Positions 61,847-64,000 of a stretch of DNA of 64,000 nucleotides are shown piece by piece. The DNA lies in NCBI RefSeq assembly GCF_018350175.1, contig NC_058369.1, positions 14,944,001 through 15,008,000 on the forward strand, given 5' to 3'. Source of the stretch: Felis catus (taxonomy: Eukaryota). Below the pieces are notes generated by a model. That model did not search any database and was not told the DNA's origin. It saw only the letters and a list, made by a program, of their open reading frames with translations. Within the stretch, counting starts at the first letter, position 1. Every line of letters begins with the position of its first letter. Both the position numbers and the translations under genes were made by a program.

Positions 61847-62489
61847 AAACGAGCTTCTGAGTAGCCCTTCTCCTATGGCAGACTGCTTTCCCTGAACTCT
61901 GAGGAGCAGCCTGGCCCCCTCACAGCCCGAGTCCCAAGGTTAAGGTCTGAGCGGATTTTAGTCATTGGAGCCTGGGCCTCTGACAGGTCAGATCTCAACG
62001 GCCTGGGTGACACGAGAACCCTCGAAGGGCTCTGAAGTCACTTCGCTAGCTGGTGCCGGGACTCTTCTTTCCAGGTGGGAGCCCAACACCCCCTCCCCCA
62101 GGGCTGGTTGCCAGCCCTCTGGAGACATCTTGGCTTGGGAGAACCAACAGTTGAGGAGCGTGCGGGGCGATGGGGTTCCGAGTCACCAGAGGTGTGTAGA
62201 AGAAGCTTCTGGCAGGGTGTGAGCGGCATTTCTGCCGCCACACCTTCCAGTCTTTTCCAGCCATTAGCCTCTCCGGGAGTAACCTCGGATCTCTGACCAG
62301 AGGGTGGGGGTGAAATCTGGCCAAACCGGTCGCAGCACCTGGGGGTGGGGAGGGGAGAAGAGAGGCTCAAAGTCTGAAAAACTGGACTTAAGCGAGGCTG
62401 GCAAGACTGCCGTACTTTTCGGAGACATTTAACAACCGCAGAATCTTGCGTTTTAACACGGAAGTTTTCATCTTCATTTTATTGTATTA

Positions 62490-63315
62490 AAAATATTTTT
62501 TCAAAACCTTTATTTATTTTTGAGGGAGAGAGAGAGACAGAGCGTGACCGGGGAGGGGCAGAGAGAGAGGGAGACACAGAATCCGAAGCAGGCTCCAGGC
62601 TCCGAGCTGTCAGCACAGAGCCCGACGTGGGGCTCGAACCCACGAGCTGTGAGATCATCACATGAGCCAAAGTCAGACGCTTAACTGACTGAGCCACCCA
62701 GGTGCCCAATTTTATTGTATTTTTTAAAAAAACGTTTTATTTTTTAAACTTTTTATTATTTTAAAGAGGAGAGAGAGAGGGGAGGAACAGAGAGGGGGGA
62801 GAGAGAGAATCTCAAGCAGGCTCCATATTCATCGCAGAGCCCTAGGTGGGGCTTGAACCCATGAACCATGAGATCATGACCTGAGCCAAAATCAAGAGCC
62901 GGGCGCTCAACCGACTGAGTCACCCAGGTGCCCCTTATTACGTTTTAAAATATGAGGTGCATTCTCTAGGTTCAGATTCAAAAGTTACAGAAGGGTATAT
63001 GGTGACAAGATTCCCAATCTCACAGTTTCCTTCCATGAAGGCAAACACTTCACAGTTTCTGTTTAACAAGATTTTTTAAAAATTGCTTTTAGGGGCGCCT
63101 GGGTGGCTCGGTCGGTTAAGCGTCCGACTTCGGCTCAGGTCACGATCTCGCGGTCCGTGAGTTCGAGCCCCGCGTCGGTCTCTGTGCTGACAGCTCAGAG
63201 CCTGGAGCCTGTTTCAGATTCTGTGTCTCTCTCTCTCTCTGACCCTCCCCCCGTTTATGCTCTGTCTCTCTCTGTCTCAAAAATAAATAAACGTTAAAAA
63301 AAAATTAAAAAAAAT
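62490..63315. mobile_element. Three CAN-SINEs (-, -, +)
   Basis: Heads at ~62708 (-), ~62935 (-) and 63092 (+); the last has TSD aaaaattgctttta. Confidence 0.92.
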
Positions 63316-63405
63316 TGCTTTTAAAACTTCTCAGATGCTTAGAGGCTATTTCAAGGCACTGGCTGAACTCTACACGGGAGAAGAATCGGGGTGGTTTCTG
63401 ACCAT

Positions 63406-63910
63406 GGCAGGGGTTCAGAGTTGCAAAATAATCATGGCCCAAAGACCCAGGAAGGAACTTTGACCTTCCCCCTAACTGTCTGAAAGGATGTAGATGAAGA
63501 GCCTGCCTGAAGGAGATTTTGCTACATTAGATAACTACCTGATCATATGAACCAGAGCACAGACAGAAAGGGATTTGGCAAGTCTGTTTGTTAAAATTCC
63601 TCCCTCTGTCCCATTGTTTCTGAGGGCCCCGGCAAACACGTGTTTACCAAACCTTTACTTTTTTTTCACCTTCCCGTGAATTGCTTTCCTTCCCTTTGAA
63701 GTCCCAGACCCTCTCCCCCCTCTTTCTAGTTCAGGATGACATATGTACCTCATTTTGCCCGACTGTCTTTGGAATCTCGTGTGTGTGTAGATTCCCCATA
63801 TGTACAAGCTTAAATGAGATTTCCCCCTGTTAATCTATCTCGTGTCAATTTAATTCCTAGACCAGCTAGAAGAATCTTGAAGGACAGAGAAAAATTTTTC
63901 CTCCCCAGCA
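63406..63910 (+). mobile_element. MER34-like ERV1 solo LTR
   Basis: ggaaggaactttgaccttcccc...tgttaatctatctcgtgtcaatttaattcctagaccagc...tttcctccccagca; TSD ccat at 63402-63405 and 63911-63914. Confidence 0.75.
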
Positions 63911-63914
63911 CCAT

Positions 63915-64000
63915 CTATTTATTTATTTATTTATTTATTTATTTTAACGTTTATTCATTTTTGAGAGACAGAGAGAGATGGAGCGCGAGTTGGGGAGGGG
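63915..64000 (-). mobile_element. CAN-SINE 3' part (runs off the window)
   Basis: (ATTT)n tail followed by ttttgagagacagagagag. Confidence 0.85.

Noticed and set aside
1651..63297. Family of similar short ORFs (MAQSVKRPTSAQVMISRSVSSSPASGSVLTAQSLEP...)
   Set aside because: These are translations of CAN-SINE copies, not a gene family.
1..64000. A novel multi-gene system, CRISPR array, operon or phage/defence locus
   Set aside because: The DNA is intron-containing mammalian sequence. The recurring ~200-nt repeats are dispersed SINEs with TSDs, not regularly spaced repeat-spacer units.
43300..64000. Exons of CDCP1, the next gene expected from recalled human synteny
   Set aside because: No CDCP1-like peptide was recognised on the minus strand; the gene probably lies beyond the window.

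Overview
Mammalian, GC-rich genomic DNA, almost certainly from a cat-family (Felidae) genome: it carries about 35 carnivore tRNA-derived CAN-SINEs, including the felid-type subfamily, and a felid-type L1 3' end. Two + strand protein-coding genes can be rebuilt exon by exon with canonical GT-AG borders. The first is the 3' part of EXOSC7 (RNA exosome subunit RRP42): five coding exons at 7550-23363, with the upstream exons outside the window. The second is the complete CLEC3B gene (tetranectin): three exons at 35426-42938, 202 aa. The rest is intronic or intergenic, with SINEs, old L1/L2/MIR fragments, ERVL/MaLR/ERV1 LTRs, Tigger/MER DNA transposons and simple repeats. Almost all of the supplied six-frame ORFs are spurious. 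I see no convincing new multi-gene biological system. The best leads are: (i) a ~1.57-kb insertion of mostly non-L1 DNA in an EXOSC7 intron, bracketed by a 10-bp direct repeat and splitting an older L1 (candidate retrotransposed/transduced sequence); (ii) an orphan CpG-island promoter-like element at ~52.6-53.6 kb with ~15 co-oriented Sp/KLF boxes and no identifiable gene; (iii) a candidate poison exon and an Ala->Thr change in EXOSC7; (iv) a ~600-bp almost pure AT quasi-palindromic tract. Repeat family names and human comparisons come from recalled sequences, not from a database search.
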